Assembly (NCBI GenBank): GCA_963750095.1
Contig: CAVVPJ010000016.1
Coordinates: forward strand, 9,806 to 73,805
Length of the DNA stretch: 64,000 bases
Direction of reading: 5' to 3'
DNA from: an uncultured Actinomycetota bacterium
Lineage (GTDB): Bacteria; Actinomycetota; Actinomycetes; Mycobacteriales; Pseudonocardiaceae
Shown here: one piece after another, positions 9,753 through 19,781 of the stretch
Layout: each line of letters begins with the position of its first letter
Numbering within the stretch: the stretch's first letter is position 1
The notes under the pieces: model-generated
Told to the model about the DNA's origin: nothing
The model's database searches: none
The model's input: the letters and a program-made list of their open reading frames with translations, nothing else
Translations under genes and position numbers: made by a program

Positions 9753-10829
9753 ATGACGGGGAACGTCGTGGGCGTGGTGATGCCGAAGGAGACGGGCCGT
9801 CCGCCGGTACGACGCGGGGGCGGCCTCCGGCGGGTGTTCGCGTTCGGCAGGCGCCTGCTCGCCGAGAGCCTCGAGGACCGCCTGCCCGGCCTGGCCGCCG
9901 AGATCGCGTTCTTCGCCGTGCTCGGCGTGTTTCCCGCGCTCCTGCTCGCGGCGGGTCTGCTCGGCGTGCTCGGCGACCTGCTGGGCAATGCCGTCGGCGT
10001 GAACGCGCAACGGCAGCTGGTGGACACCCTCGACACGCTCCTGACCACCCGGGCCGCGCCGGTCGTGGCGTCGGTACAGAAGCTGTTCCAGGTGAACGCG
10101 GGCAGGCTGCTGAGCGTCGCCGCGGTCGGCGGGCTGGTGACCATCTCGGGCGCGGTCGCCGTCGTCATCGAGGCGCTCAACCTCGCCTACGACGTGCCCG
10201 AGCACCGCGGCTGGCTGCGCCGCAGGCTGTTGGGGTTGGCCATGGGGCTGGTCACGGTCGTCGCCGCCGCGGTGGCACTGGCGGTGCTCGTTGTCGGGCC
10301 CCTGTTCGGGAGCGGCCGCGACCTGGCCGGGCTCGTGGGGCTCGGCGACGAGTTCACGGTGGCGTGGTCGTTCCTCAAGCAGCCCGCGCTCGCGGTCGGC
10401 CTCGTGCTGTGGACCGCGACGCTGTTCCGGTTGGCCCCCAACCAGCCCGGCCGCTGGCGCGACGAGCTGCCCGGCGCGGTCCTCACGACGGTCCTCTGGA
10501 TCGCCTCGACCTGGGGGCTGCACTTCTACGTCGTGCTCGTCGCCCGCACCAACCCCGTGCTCGGCGCCTTCGGCGGCGGCCTGATCGTGCTGCTGTGGGC
10601 CTATCTGCTCGCGCTCGCCCTCCTGGTGGGCGGCGAGTTCAACGCGACCAGGCTGCGCCGCGGACGCCCACGCAGCCGACCGGGCCCTCGCGGGCGCCGC
10701 GGCGCGGACGGGCGGGTTCGAGAGCCGTGCGCCGCCTCCGCCCGACCTGACGGCGAGCAGACGAACCGATCGGGAAACCCCGCCGTGTGTAGACCGGTCC
10801 CGCACGGGGAACCAGGGCAGCGGCGGTGA
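9753..10829 (+). CDS. YihY/virulence factor BrkB family membrane protein
   Basis: GLAAEIAFFAVLGVFPALL, ALNLAY, GAFGGGLIVLLWAYL..LVGGEFNA. Confidence 0.9.
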   Translation: MTGNVVGVVMPKETGRPPVRRGGGLRRVFAFGRRLLAESLEDRLPGLAAEIAFFAVLGVFPALLLAAGLLGVLGDLLGNAVGVNAQRQLVDTLDTLLTTRAAPVVASVQKLFQVNAGRLLSVAAVGGLVTISGAVAVVIEALNLAYDVPEHRGWLRRRLLGLAMGLVTVVAAAVALAVLVVGPLFGSGRDLAGLVGLGDEFTVAWSFLKQPALAVGLVLWTATLFRLAPNQPGRWRDELPGAVLTTVLWIASTWGLHFYVVLVARTNPVLGAFGGGLIVLLWAYLLALALLVGGEFNATRLRRGRPRSRPGPRGRRGADGRVREPCAASARPDGEQTNRSGNPAVCRPVPHGEPGQRR

Positions 10830-10848
10830 ACGGGGAGAGGAGCGGTCT

Positions 10849-13800
10849 GTGGGTGTGCGGACGTGGATCGACGGCTGGCCGGTGGTCCGGCAGCTCACCG
10901 GCGACGACCCGACCGGCCGGGGCGCGGCGGTGAAGAGCCGCGGCAGCGCCGCCCTCGCACCGCGCACGACGACGGCCGACGAGGTGGTCAAGTCGGTCTG
11001 CCCCTTCTGCGCGGTCGGCTGCGGGCAGAACGTGTACGTCAGGGGCGAGAAGGTCGTCCAGATCGAGGGCGACCCGGACTCGCCGGTCAGCCGGGGCAGG
11101 CTGTGTCCACGCGGGTCGTCGAGCCTGCAGCTCACGACCGGCCCCCAGCGCGAGACGACGGTGCGCTACCGGCGCCCGCACGGCACCGAGTGGGAGGACC
11201 TCGACCTGGACACGGCGATGGACATGATCGCCGACCGGGTCATCGCCAGCCGCCGCGAGGGGTGGCAGTGGGACGTGGACGGCCAGCGGGTGCGGCGCAC
11301 GATGGGGTTCGCGAGCCTGGGCGGGGCGACGCTGGACAACGAGGAGAACTACCTCATCAAGAAGTTGTTCACCGCGCTCGGGGCGATCCAGATCGAGAAC
11401 CAGGCCCGTATTTGACACTCCGCCACCGTTCCCGGTCTGGGGACCAGCTTCGGCCGCGGCGGCGCCACGACGTTCCTGCAGGACCTGCAGAACGCCGACT
11501 GCATCCTGATCGAGGGCTCGAACATGGCCGAGTGCCATCCGGTCGGGTTCCAGTGGGTGATGGAGGCCAAGGCCCGCGGAGCGACGGTCGTGCACGTCGA
11601 CCCGCGGTTCACCCGCACCAGCGCGGTGGCGGACCTGCACGTGCCGCTGCGCGCGGGCACCGACATCGCCTTCCTGGGCGGGATCGTCAACCACGTCCTG
11701 ACGAACGGGAAGGAGTTCCGCGAGTACCTGCTCGCCTACACCAATGCCGCGACGATCGTGGGTGCGGATTTCCGGGACACGGAGGACCTCGACGGGGTGT
11801 TCTCCGGGCTGGACGCCGAGGGCCGCGAGTACGACATCACGACGTGGATGTACGAGGGCGCGCAGATCCAGGCGGCGTCCGGGGAACGCGAGCAGGTCGC
11901 CGCCGAGCGGGCGGGCAGGCGTTCGACCCGGCGGGCGGCCCGCGGTGAGGCGCACGGCTCGGGCGGCGCCGGGTTCACCGGCGAGATCCACACGGACGAG
12001 AGCCTCCAGCACCCCCGCTGCGTGTTCCAGGTCCTCAAGCGGCACTTCGCCCGCTACACCCCGGAGATGGTCGAGCGGACCTGCGGCGTGCCGCAGGAGC
12101 AGTTCCTGCGGGTGTGCGAGCTGCTGGAGACCAACTCCGGCCGGGAGCGGACCACGGCGTTCGCTTACTCGGTCGGCTGGACCCACCACACGGTGGGCGT
12201 GCAGTACATCCGCACGGCGGCGATCCTGCAGACGCTGCTGGGCAACATCGGCCGCCCGGGCGGCGGCATCCTCGCGCTGCGCGGGCACGCCTCGATCCAG
12301 GGCTCGACCGACATTCCGACGCTGTTCAACATCCTGCCCGGCTACATCGCGATGCCGCATGCCGATTCCGCGCAGGACCTCCACGGCTACGTGGAGAACG
12401 AGAAGGCGAACAAGGGCTACTGGGCCGAGCTGCGCTCGTACCTGGTGAGCCTGCTCAAGGCATGGTGGGGCGACGCCGCGACCGCTGACAACGACTTCTG
12501 CTTCGACTACCTGCCCCGGCTGACCGGCAGCCACAGCTCGTTCGAGACGGTGATGGCCCAGATCGCGGGCGACTGCAAGGGCTACTTCCTGCTCGGCGAG
12601 AACCCGGCGGTCGGGTCGGCCAACGCCAAGATGCAGCGCCTCGGGATGGCCAACCTCGACTGGCTGGTCGTGCGCGACTTCCAGCTCATCGAGTCCGCCA
12701 CCTGGTGGAAGGACGGACCGGAGATCGAGACCGGGGAGCTCTCCACCGAGGACGTCGCCACCGAGGTGTTCTTCCTGCCCGCCGCCGCGCACACCGAGAA
12801 GGACGGCAGCTTCACCAACACCCAGCGCATGCTGCAGTGGCACCATCAGGCCGTCGAACCGGCCGGTGACACCCGCAGCGACCTGTGGTTCATGTACCAC
12901 CTCGGCCGCCGGATCCGGGCGAAGCTCGCCGGGTCCCAGGATGAGCGCGACCGCCCGGTGCTGAACCTGACCTGGGACTACCCGACCAAGGGCACGCATG
13001 ACGACCCGGACGCGGAGGCTGTCCTCGCCGAGATCAACGGCTGGGACGCCGAGGGCACGCCGCTGTCGAGCTACCAGCAGCTCAAACCGGACGGATCGAC
13101 CGCCTGCGGATGCTGGATCTACTGCGGGTGCTACGCGGACGGGGTCAACCAGCCCGCCCGCCGCAAGCCCGGCGACCAGCAGAGCTGGGTGGCCCCGGAG
13201 TGGGGCTGGGCCTGGCCCGCCAACCGCCGCATCCTCTACAACCGCGCCTCCGCCGACCCGGACGGCAGGCCGTGGAGCGAGCGCAAGGCCTACCTCTGGT
13301 GGGACGCCGAACAGGAGAAATGGGTCGGCCACGACGTGCCCGACTTCGCCCCCACGAAGGCACCCGACCACGTGCCGCCGAAGGACGCCACCGGCGTCGA
13401 CGCCCTCTCGGGCACCGACGCGTTCATCATGCAGGCCGACGGCAAGGCGTGGCTCTACGCGCCCGCCGGGCTCATCGACGGCCCCCTTCCCGCGCACTAC
13501 GAGCCGCAGGACTCGCCGATCGTCAACCCGCTCTACGCGCAGCAGCGCAACCCCGTGCGGCAGATCGACTCGGTCGTGCACCCCGACGACCGCTTCGCCC
13601 CGAGCGGGGACGACCCGGGCTCCGACGTCTACCCCTACGTGGTGACGACCTACCGGATCGCCGAGCACCACACCGCGGGCGGGATGAGCCGCTGGTCGCC
13701 CTACCTGGCCGAGCTCGCCCCCGACCCGTTCTGCGAGGTCGCACCCGAGCTGGCCGAGCAGCGCGGGCTCGTGCACGGGGACTGGGCCACGATCGTCTCG

Positions 13801-14112
13801 CCCCGCAACGCCATCGAGGCACGGGTCCTCGTGACCGACCGGATCGCGCCGCTGCGCGTGCAGGACGCCGTCATACACCAGATCGGGCTGCCCTACCACT
13901 GGGGCCCGAACGGGCTGGTGTCCGGCGACGCCGCCAACGACCTCACCAGCCTGGTGATGGACCCCAACGTGCACATCATGGAGACCAAGGCGCTGACGGC
14001 CGACATCCGGCCGGGACGGCGCCCGCGCGGCCGGGCGCGCGCCGAGCTGGTCGAGCAGTACCGGCGCCGGGCCGGGATCACCGAGGACACCGGGATGGAG
14101 GTGCGCGGATGA
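10849..14112 (+). CDS. fdnG: Selenocysteine-containing Mo/W-bisPGD formate dehydrogenase alpha subunit (FdnG-like), UGA=Sec at 11413-11415
   Basis: ORFs 10849..11415 and 11524..14112 are in the same frame and separated only by one TGA in ENQARI-U-HSATVPGLG; CPFCAVGC..C FeS motif; ALRGHASIQG; SECIS-like hairpin downstream. Confidence 0.93.
11416..11444 (+). promoter_or_regulatory. Bacterial SECIS element
   Basis: Stem gttccc(11428-33)/ggggac(11439-44) with GGTCT loop starting 12 nt after the UGA, as in the E. coli fdhF SECIS (GGUCU apical region). Confidence 0.8.
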
Positions 14113-15032
14113 CCAGCACCGAGCCCAGTGACCTGCGCGAGCTGCTGGTGAACGGGGCCGCGCCGCGGATGGGCTTCTTCACCGACACCTCGGTCTGCAT
14201 CGGCTGCAAGGCCTGCGAGGTGGCGTGCAAGACCTGGAACGCCATCCCCGCCGCGAGCGACGGCGAGCCGTCGAACGGGACCGGGCCCGCCTTCACCGGG
14301 ATGTCGATGGACAACACGGTCGGGCTGGGCGCCGACACCTGGCGGCACGTCGCCTTCATCGAGCAGCGCCGCCCGCTCGGGCACCAGGACCCCGGGCTGC
14401 ATCACGACACCGACGTGCTCGCGATGGCCGCGAACGGCGCTGGTCCCCCGCGGCAGGGCGACGAGTTCCGCTGGCTGATGTCCTCTGACGTGTGCAAGCA
14501 CTGCACCCACGCGGCGTGTCTGGACGTCTGCCCGACCGGGTCGCTGTTCCGCACCGAGTTCGGCACCGTCGTCGTGCAGGAGGACATCTGCAACGGCTGC
14601 GGCTACTGCATCCCGGCCTGCCCCTACGGCGTCATCGACCAGCGCCGCGGCGACGGACGGGCCTGGAAGTGCACGCTGTGCTACGACCGGCTGGGCGCGG
14701 GCCAGGAGCCCGCCTGCGCCAAGGCGTGCCCGACCGACTCCATCCAGTTCGGCCCGCTCGACGAGCTGCGCGAGCGCGCGGACGCCCGGCTGGCGCGGCT
14801 GCACGAGGCCGGGGTCGGCGAGGCCCGGCTCTACGGCCACGACCCCCGTGACGGCGTCGGCGGCGACGGCGCGTTCTTCCTGCTGCTCGACGAGCCGGAG
14901 GTCTACGGGCTGCCGCCGGACCCGGTCGTCACCACCCGCGACCTCCCGCGCATGTGGCGCCACGCCGGGCTGGCCGCGCTCGCGCTCGCGGGCGGCGCGC
15001 TCGCCGCGATTCTGGGAAGGGGTTCGCGGTGA
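14109..15032 (+). CDS. fdnH: Formate dehydrogenase beta, 4x[4Fe-4S] subunit with C-terminal TM anchor
   Basis: CIGCKACEVAC, CKHCTHAACLDVCP, CNGCGYCIPACP, KCTLCYDR..PACAKACP; ATGA overlap with alpha. Confidence 0.9.
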   Translation: MTSTEPSDLRELLVNGAAPRMGFFTDTSVCIGCKACEVACKTWNAIPAASDGEPSNGTGPAFTGMSMDNTVGLGADTWRHVAFIEQRRPLGHQDPGLHHDTDVLAMAANGAGPPRQGDEFRWLMSSDVCKHCTHAACLDVCPTGSLFRTEFGTVVVQEDICNGCGYCIPACPYGVIDQRRGDGRAWKCTLCYDRLGAGQEPACAKACPTDSIQFGPLDELRERADARLARLHEAGVGEARLYGHDPRDGVGGDGAFFLLLDEPEVYGLPPDPVVTTRDLPRMWRHAGLAALALAGGALAAILGRGSR

Positions 15033-16081
15033 ACGAAGGGCGGGTCACCCGCCGGGGTCTGCGGAACGTCCGGCCGGGCCGCGACGCGGTCACCGGCGCC
15101 GAAGACGTCCTGCCCCGGCGCCACCGGGGCGCCGCGGGCACAGACGGGCGACCGATGGTCCCGAGAGCGCAGTTCGACTCCTACTACGGCAAGCCGGTGC
15201 TCAACCCGCCGGTCTGGGAGGCCCGCGACATCGCGGGCTACCTGTTCCTCGGCGGCCTCGCCGGGGCGTCGTCGCTGCTCGGGGCCGGGGCCCACGCGAC
15301 GGGGCGGCCCGCGCTGGCCCGGGTCAGCAAGCTCGGCGCGCTCGGCGCGGGCGCGGTCTCACTCGCCGCGCTCGTGCACGACCTGGGTCGACCCGAGCGG
15401 TTCCTGCACATGCTGCGCGTCTTCAAGCCGACGTCCCCGATGAACGTCGGCTCCTGGCTGCTGGCGGGCTACGTCCCGCTGGCCGGGGTCGCGGCGGCGT
15501 CCGCGGTCAGCGGGCGCGTCCCGCGCATCGGCGCGGCCGCCACCGGCGGCGCCGCGCTGCTCGGCCCCGCCGTGGCGTCCTACACCGCCGCGCTCATCGC
15601 CGACACCGCCGTGCCCGCGTGGCACGACGCCCACCGGGAGCTGCCCTACGTGTTCGTCGGCTCGGCGGCGACGGCGGCAGGCGGTCTCGGCATGCTCGCC
15701 GCGCCGCTGGCCCAGTCGCAGCCTGCCCGCACGCTGGCCCTGCTCGGCGTGGTCGGCGAGCTCGGCATGTCCCGACGCATGCGGCGGCGGCTCGGCATGG
15801 TCGCCGAGCCGTACACGACGGGCACAGGGGGCCGCCTGGTGCGGGCGGGCGAGGTGCTCTCGACGGCGGGCGCAGCGGGCGCCGTGCTCGGCCGTCGCAG
15901 CCGCGTCGCGACGGCGCTGTCGGGCGCAGCGTTCCTCGCGGCGTCGGCCCTGACCCGGTTCGGAATCTTCCACGCGGGGATGCAGTCCGCGCGCGACCCG
16001 CGTTACACCGTCGAACCGCAACGCGAGCGGCTGCACGGCTCCGCCGCGGACGGCCGTCGCCGTCCCACCGCCCCCGGCTAG
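15029..16081 (+). CDS. nrfD: NrfD/PsrC-family quinone-interacting membrane anchor
   Basis: IAGYLFLGGLAG, DLGRPERFLHML..FKPTSPMNVGSWLL, YTAALI..TAVPAW. Confidence 0.88.
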   Translation: MNEGRVTRRGLRNVRPGRDAVTGAEDVLPRRHRGAAGTDGRPMVPRAQFDSYYGKPVLNPPVWEARDIAGYLFLGGLAGASSLLGAGAHATGRPALARVSKLGALGAGAVSLAALVHDLGRPERFLHMLRVFKPTSPMNVGSWLLAGYVPLAGVAAASAVSGRVPRIGAAATGGAALLGPAVASYTAALIADTAVPAWHDAHRELPYVFVGSAATAAGGLGMLAAPLAQSQPARTLALLGVVGELGMSRRMRRRLGMVAEPYTTGTGGRLVRAGEVLSTAGAAGAVLGRRSRVATALSGAAFLAASALTRFGIFHAGMQSARDPRYTVEPQRERLHGSAADGRRRPTAPG

Positions 16082-16107
16082 ACCGACCCCGACTGGACCG
16101 ACCGACG

Positions 16108-17391
16108 CTACCGGCTCCCTGAGCCCGCAGGCCGCAGCCCGACGTCGGACGGGTCGGGGTCGGCGGCGACGGCGGTGGGCGCGGGCACCCCGTCCCACTC
16201 CCTGATGCACCGCGCCACCGCGTCCCGGTGCTCGGGCCGCGCGGCGGCGTGCACGTCGCGCAGCATCGCGAGCATCCGTGCCCGGATCCGGCCGTCCTCC
16301 CCGCCCCAGCGGCCGATCTCGGTCACCGCGAGGTCGAGGTACTCAGCCAGGCCCGGCGCGGGCGCGAGCACCACGCACCGGCCGTCGCGGTCGAGCCGGA
16401 CGTGGCCGGGGAGCGGCCGCCCGGCGAGCCTGCGCAGCAGGTCGTGCAGCTGGTCGAGCACCTGCACCGCGGTGGTCGGGTCGTTGACACCGGGCGAGAG
16501 GGCGCGCAGCGCGATGTCCACCAGCTGACGCAGCCCGAAGCCCGGATCGTGGTCCGGGGTGCGCTCTTCGTCGAGGTGCACCGCTCGGCAGAGCCGCGCC
16601 GCGTCGGGCTCGCCGCCGCGCACCCGGAACAGCGGGCCGTCCAGCGGCACGAACTCGCCCACGGCACGCAGGACCTCCACGACACATCCCGCGCGTTGGG
16701 CGAACCGGGCCAGCGCGCCGGTGTCGATCCGCACGACGACGCCGGGTGCCCGCGAGCCGACGACCACGGCGGAACCCGGCAAGGCGACCGGCAGCGGGTC
16801 GGCGGCCGCGTCGGGCGGATGGCAGCGTTCCAGCGCGGCACGGCATTCCTCGGCGATGCCGGTGATGATCGTGGCCACGCGGATCGCCTGCGCGGTGTGG
16901 TTGAGGTAGAGCAGGAACACGATCGTGCTGGCCAGCACGAAGACGAACGCGGCGGTCACCGCGAGCTGGGGGACGAACGGCGCGACCTGGGTGGTGCCCC
17001 GCACCGAGCGCAGCACCACCATCGCGTAGACGAAGGTCGCGACGAACACCCCGAGCACGACCTGGTTGAACCGGTCGCGCAGGAACGTCCGCAGCACGCG
17101 CGGCGAGAACTGGCCGCTGGTCAGCTGGAGCACCACGATCGTGATCGAGAAAACCAGCGCGGTGAACGAGATCATCGAGCCGACGACCGCCGACAGCAGG
17201 GTCCGCGCCCCCTCGGGGCCACCCGCGAACAGGACGGCGGGCGGCGTGGCACCCCACAGGCCCGAGTCGACCCGGGACAGGCCCTCGGCGAGCAGGCCCG
17301 CCAGGATCCCGAACACGGTCGGCAGCACCCAGAAGCGCTCCTTCAACCAGGCGAGTACCACCGCACCCCTTCCCGCCTCGCGCGGCCTCAC
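16108..17391 (-). CDS. DUF2254-family membrane protein
   Basis: VFSITIVVLQLTSGQFSPRVLR, DIALRALSPGVNDPTTAV; start overlaps qcrA stop by 4 nt. Confidence 0.88.
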   Translation of the reverse strand: MRPREAGRGAVVLAWLKERFWVLPTVFGILAGLLAEGLSRVDSGLWGATPPAVLFAGGPEGARTLLSAVVGSMISFTALVFSITIVVLQLTSGQFSPRVLRTFLRDRFNQVVLGVFVATFVYAMVVLRSVRGTTQVAPFVPQLAVTAAFVFVLASTIVFLLYLNHTAQAIRVATIITGIAEECRAALERCHPPDAAADPLPVALPGSAVVVGSRAPGVVVRIDTGALARFAQRAGCVVEVLRAVGEFVPLDGPLFRVRGGEPDAARLCRAVHLDEERTPDHDPGFGLRQLVDIALRALSPGVNDPTTAVQVLDQLHDLLRRLAGRPLPGHVRLDRDGRCVVLAPAPGLAEYLDLAVTEIGRWGGEDGRIRARMLAMLRDVHAAARPEHRDAVARCIREWDGVPAPTAVAADPDPSDVGLRPAGSGSR

Positions 17392-18500
17392 GACGACGCG
17401 TGGATCTCCCAGAACGACGGCCCGACCGGGGCCGCGAAGTCCCCTGTCGCCACAAAGTAGCCATCATCACCCACGGTGATCGGCAGCTGCGGCAGGGGCC
17501 GGACGGCCGGGCCGAACACGACCTTCGCACCGTCGGTCATGTCGAACGCGGACTGGTGGCAGGGGCACAGGCTGACGCCGGTCTGGGCGTTGTAGAGCGA
17601 CGCCGGACAGCCCAGGTGGGTGCAGATCTTGGAGTAGGCGGCGAACTGGCCGTAGTTGTACCCGGGCCGCTGCTGGGTCACCGCGCTGCCCGCCCGGAAC
17701 CGGATGAGCATCGCGGGAGCGTCCGCGGCGTCGTCGACCTTGCGCAGCCGCTCCTCGTCGCCGCGCTCGGACTCCCGGTACGGGTAGACCGTCATCATCG
17801 CCCCCGGCGCCATGTCCTCAGGGCGTACCCGCACGACATCCCCTGTGGCGGCCATCGACTGGCGCAGGTAGACGGGCTCGGTGCCGGTCGGCGCCCACGG
17901 GGTCACCCACAGCGCGGCCCGGTCACCGCCCTTCCACGGGTTGCGCACGAACGTGCCGATCGCGAGCACGCCCGCGATCACGCCGACCGCGCCCGCGGCG
18001 GCGAGCAGCCCCCGCCGGGCGAGCCCCAGCTCGGCCAGCCCGGTCTCGGCGCCTGCCTGGCGCAACCGGGCCGCCGCCGTACGCCGCTGCAGGTCGTCGG
18101 AGGGCCCCAGCTCCCAACGTTGGACGGCGACCTCGTCGGGCACGAACCGTTTGAGATGCACGGTCACGCCGATGCCCAGCGAGACCACCGCGAGCCCGAA
18201 CGTGAGGCCGAGCACCGGCGTGTGCAGCAGGTAGCGGACGTGCCCCGGGCTGCCCGGCGGAACGTAGTCGCCCGGCCAGGCCACGAACGCCGCGACGAAC
18301 GCCGCAGCGAACAGCACCGAGAGCGCCAGCCACGCCACGACGTGGCGCTGCGCCCTCTGCCGGGCTCTGGCGTCCCCGGGGGGCAGGCGGGGGGTCGAGG
18401 CCACCACCCGCACCCCGTCCCGCTCGTCGCCGAGCCGCGCGAGCTCGTCGCGGCCCATCGCGCGCAGCTCGCGCCTGCCGGGATCGGCGTTCTCGCTCAC
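17388..18500 (-). CDS. qcrA: Cytochrome bcc Rieske Fe-S subunit
   Basis: CTHLGC and CPCHQS boxes, three TM segments, FGPAVRPLPQLPI. Confidence 0.92.
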   Translation of the reverse strand: MSENADPGRRELRAMGRDELARLGDERDGVRVVASTPRLPPGDARARQRAQRHVVAWLALSVLFAAAFVAAFVAWPGDYVPPGSPGHVRYLLHTPVLGLTFGLAVVSLGIGVTVHLKRFVPDEVAVQRWELGPSDDLQRRTAAARLRQAGAETGLAELGLARRGLLAAAGAVGVIAGVLAIGTFVRNPWKGGDRAALWVTPWAPTGTEPVYLRQSMAATGDVVRVRPEDMAPGAMMTVYPYRESERGDEERLRKVDDAADAPAMLIRFRAGSAVTQQRPGYNYGQFAAYSKICTHLGCPASLYNAQTGVSLCPCHQSAFDMTDGAKVVFGPAVRPLPQLPITVGDDGYFVATGDFAAPVGPSFWEIHASS

Positions 18501-19294
18501 GACCGCGCCCCCAACCAGAGCGTGAAACCGACGAGCACCACCATGCCCACGACGAACGCGACCAGCCCTTCGGTCGTCGGCCCGACCTCGCCGAGGGTCA
18601 GGCCGCCGGGAGCGTTGGCCTGACCCCGCACCGCCAGCACATAGGCGATGATGTCCTGCTTCTCGGCCGGGGTGAGCTGACGGTCGCTGAACCGCGGCAT
18701 GGCCTGGGGCCCGGACAGCATCGCCGCATAGACCTGCCTCGGGACGGCGCGCTGCAGGTTCGGGGCGTAGGCACCATCCAGCAGCACCCCGCCGCGGCCG
18801 GTGAAGTTGTGGCACTGCGAGCAGTTGAGCCGGAACAGCTCACCACCGTGGGCGGGGTCGTCCCCGACCAGGCGGGCGTCCTCGGGCGGCGCCTGCGGAC
18901 CCCCGCCGTTGGCCTCGACATAGGCGCCCAGCGCCTCGAGGTTCGCCCGGCCCCGCGCGGTCGAGGGATCGAAGCCCGGGTCCGGATCCTTGCGGCGAGC
19001 TTGCAATTGCTCGCCCGCCAGCGGCATGCGCCCGGTCGACACCTGGAAGTAGACGGCGGCATCGCCCGCGCCGATGATGCTCGGGCCGCGCCCGGGCACC
19101 CCTTGCAGGTTCTCGCCATGACAGGTGACGCAGCTGATCCGGTAGAGCTGCCGCCCTTGCGCGATGAGGTCAGCGTCATCCTGCGCCGCCGCCTGCGGAG
19201 CCGGTCTGAGCAGCGCGAACACCGTCCCGACGACCAGCAGCGCCGCGGCGAGCCCGACGCCGCGCACGACACTGCGCCGGGTCCTTCGCGCCAT
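18497..19294 (-). CDS. qcrC: Diheme cytochrome cc subunit of bcc complex
   Basis: CVTCH and CSQCH heme motifs, FQVSTGRMP, GGLTLGEVGPTTEG; AAGGAGG RBS before ATG 19294. Confidence 0.92.
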   Translation of the reverse strand: MARRTRRSVVRGVGLAAALLVVGTVFALLRPAPQAAAQDDADLIAQGRQLYRISCVTCHGENLQGVPGRGPSIIGAGDAAVYFQVSTGRMPLAGEQLQARRKDPDPGFDPSTARGRANLEALGAYVEANGGGPQAPPEDARLVGDDPAHGGELFRLNCSQCHNFTGRGGVLLDGAYAPNLQRAVPRQVYAAMLSGPQAMPRFSDRQLTPAEKQDIIAYVLAVRGQANAPGGLTLGEVGPTTEGLVAFVVGMVVLVGFTLWLGARS

Positions 19295-19372
19295 CGGCCG
19301 CCTCCTTGGTCCGCGCACCCGGGCCCCTCGCACCGGCCGACGGGCGGCCGCGCGCTCCGGTTCGGCCGGGGC

Positions 19373-19448
19373 GTGCCCCATCGTCGTGGTCGGCAAACCG
19401 GCAAGCCGAAATCCGGGACCGGGTTTCGACACCGCCGACGTCGGGCAT
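19373..19448. promoter_or_regulatory. Divergent SigB/SigF-type promoters (copy 1)
   Basis: Minus: GTTT(19398-95)-N16-GGGCAC(19378-73) toward qcrC; plus: GTTT(19423-26)-N16-GGGCAT(19443-48). Confidence 0.6.
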
Positions 19449-19506
19449 GAGCGGAAGGCTCCGACCCGAACGCCCGATCACCGACAGCGACCCCCGGAGG
19501 CCACCG

Positions 19507-19647
19507 TTGCCGTTCCGCAGCGTGTCCGCCGAGCTGCGCCAGCCACCCGGCGGAGTCGACCACGAGGGTCGGCCCATCGCCCTGCGCTACGACGGCGCCC
19601 GCATCGACGAACACGTCGGCACCCGCGACGAGGAGAACACTCCGTGA
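19507..19647 (+). pseudogene. Deletion scar: first codons of ctaC fused in frame to last ~40 codons of qcrB
   Basis: 19421-19529 matches 28174-28282 and 19520-19710 matches 33000-33190; junction at the 10-bp microhomology gcgtgt(t/c)cgc. Confidence 0.8.
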
Positions 19648-19757
19648 GGCTCCGCACATCCATCCCCCTCCCGGCCATCGCGCTCGCCGTACCCACGGCC
19701 TGTACGCCGCGCCGCGCCGCGCCGACACCCGCCGCGAGCGCCGCTCCGGGCTGCTGA
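19644..19757 (+). pseudogene. Internally deleted remnant of the LpqE-like lipoprotein gene
   Basis: Signal peptide region matches 33124-33190; ends gctgctga like 33695-33702; body missing; (gccgc)n run at the junction. Confidence 0.7.
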
Positions 19758-19781
19758 CCGGCACCGCGACGCCCGCCCGAC

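Noticed and set aside
10849-11415. Separate 188-aa ORF, or nonsense pseudogene of FDH
   Set aside because: The stop is a UGA exactly at the Sec/Cys ligand position with a SECIS-like hairpin; better read as one selenoprotein
10639-13974. Very long antisense or alternate-frame ORFs (e.g. 10639..13974-, 23837..27487-, 52311..55322-, 47451..51407+)
   Set aside because: Shadows of real genes expected from extreme GC3 bias; the translations have no family motifs
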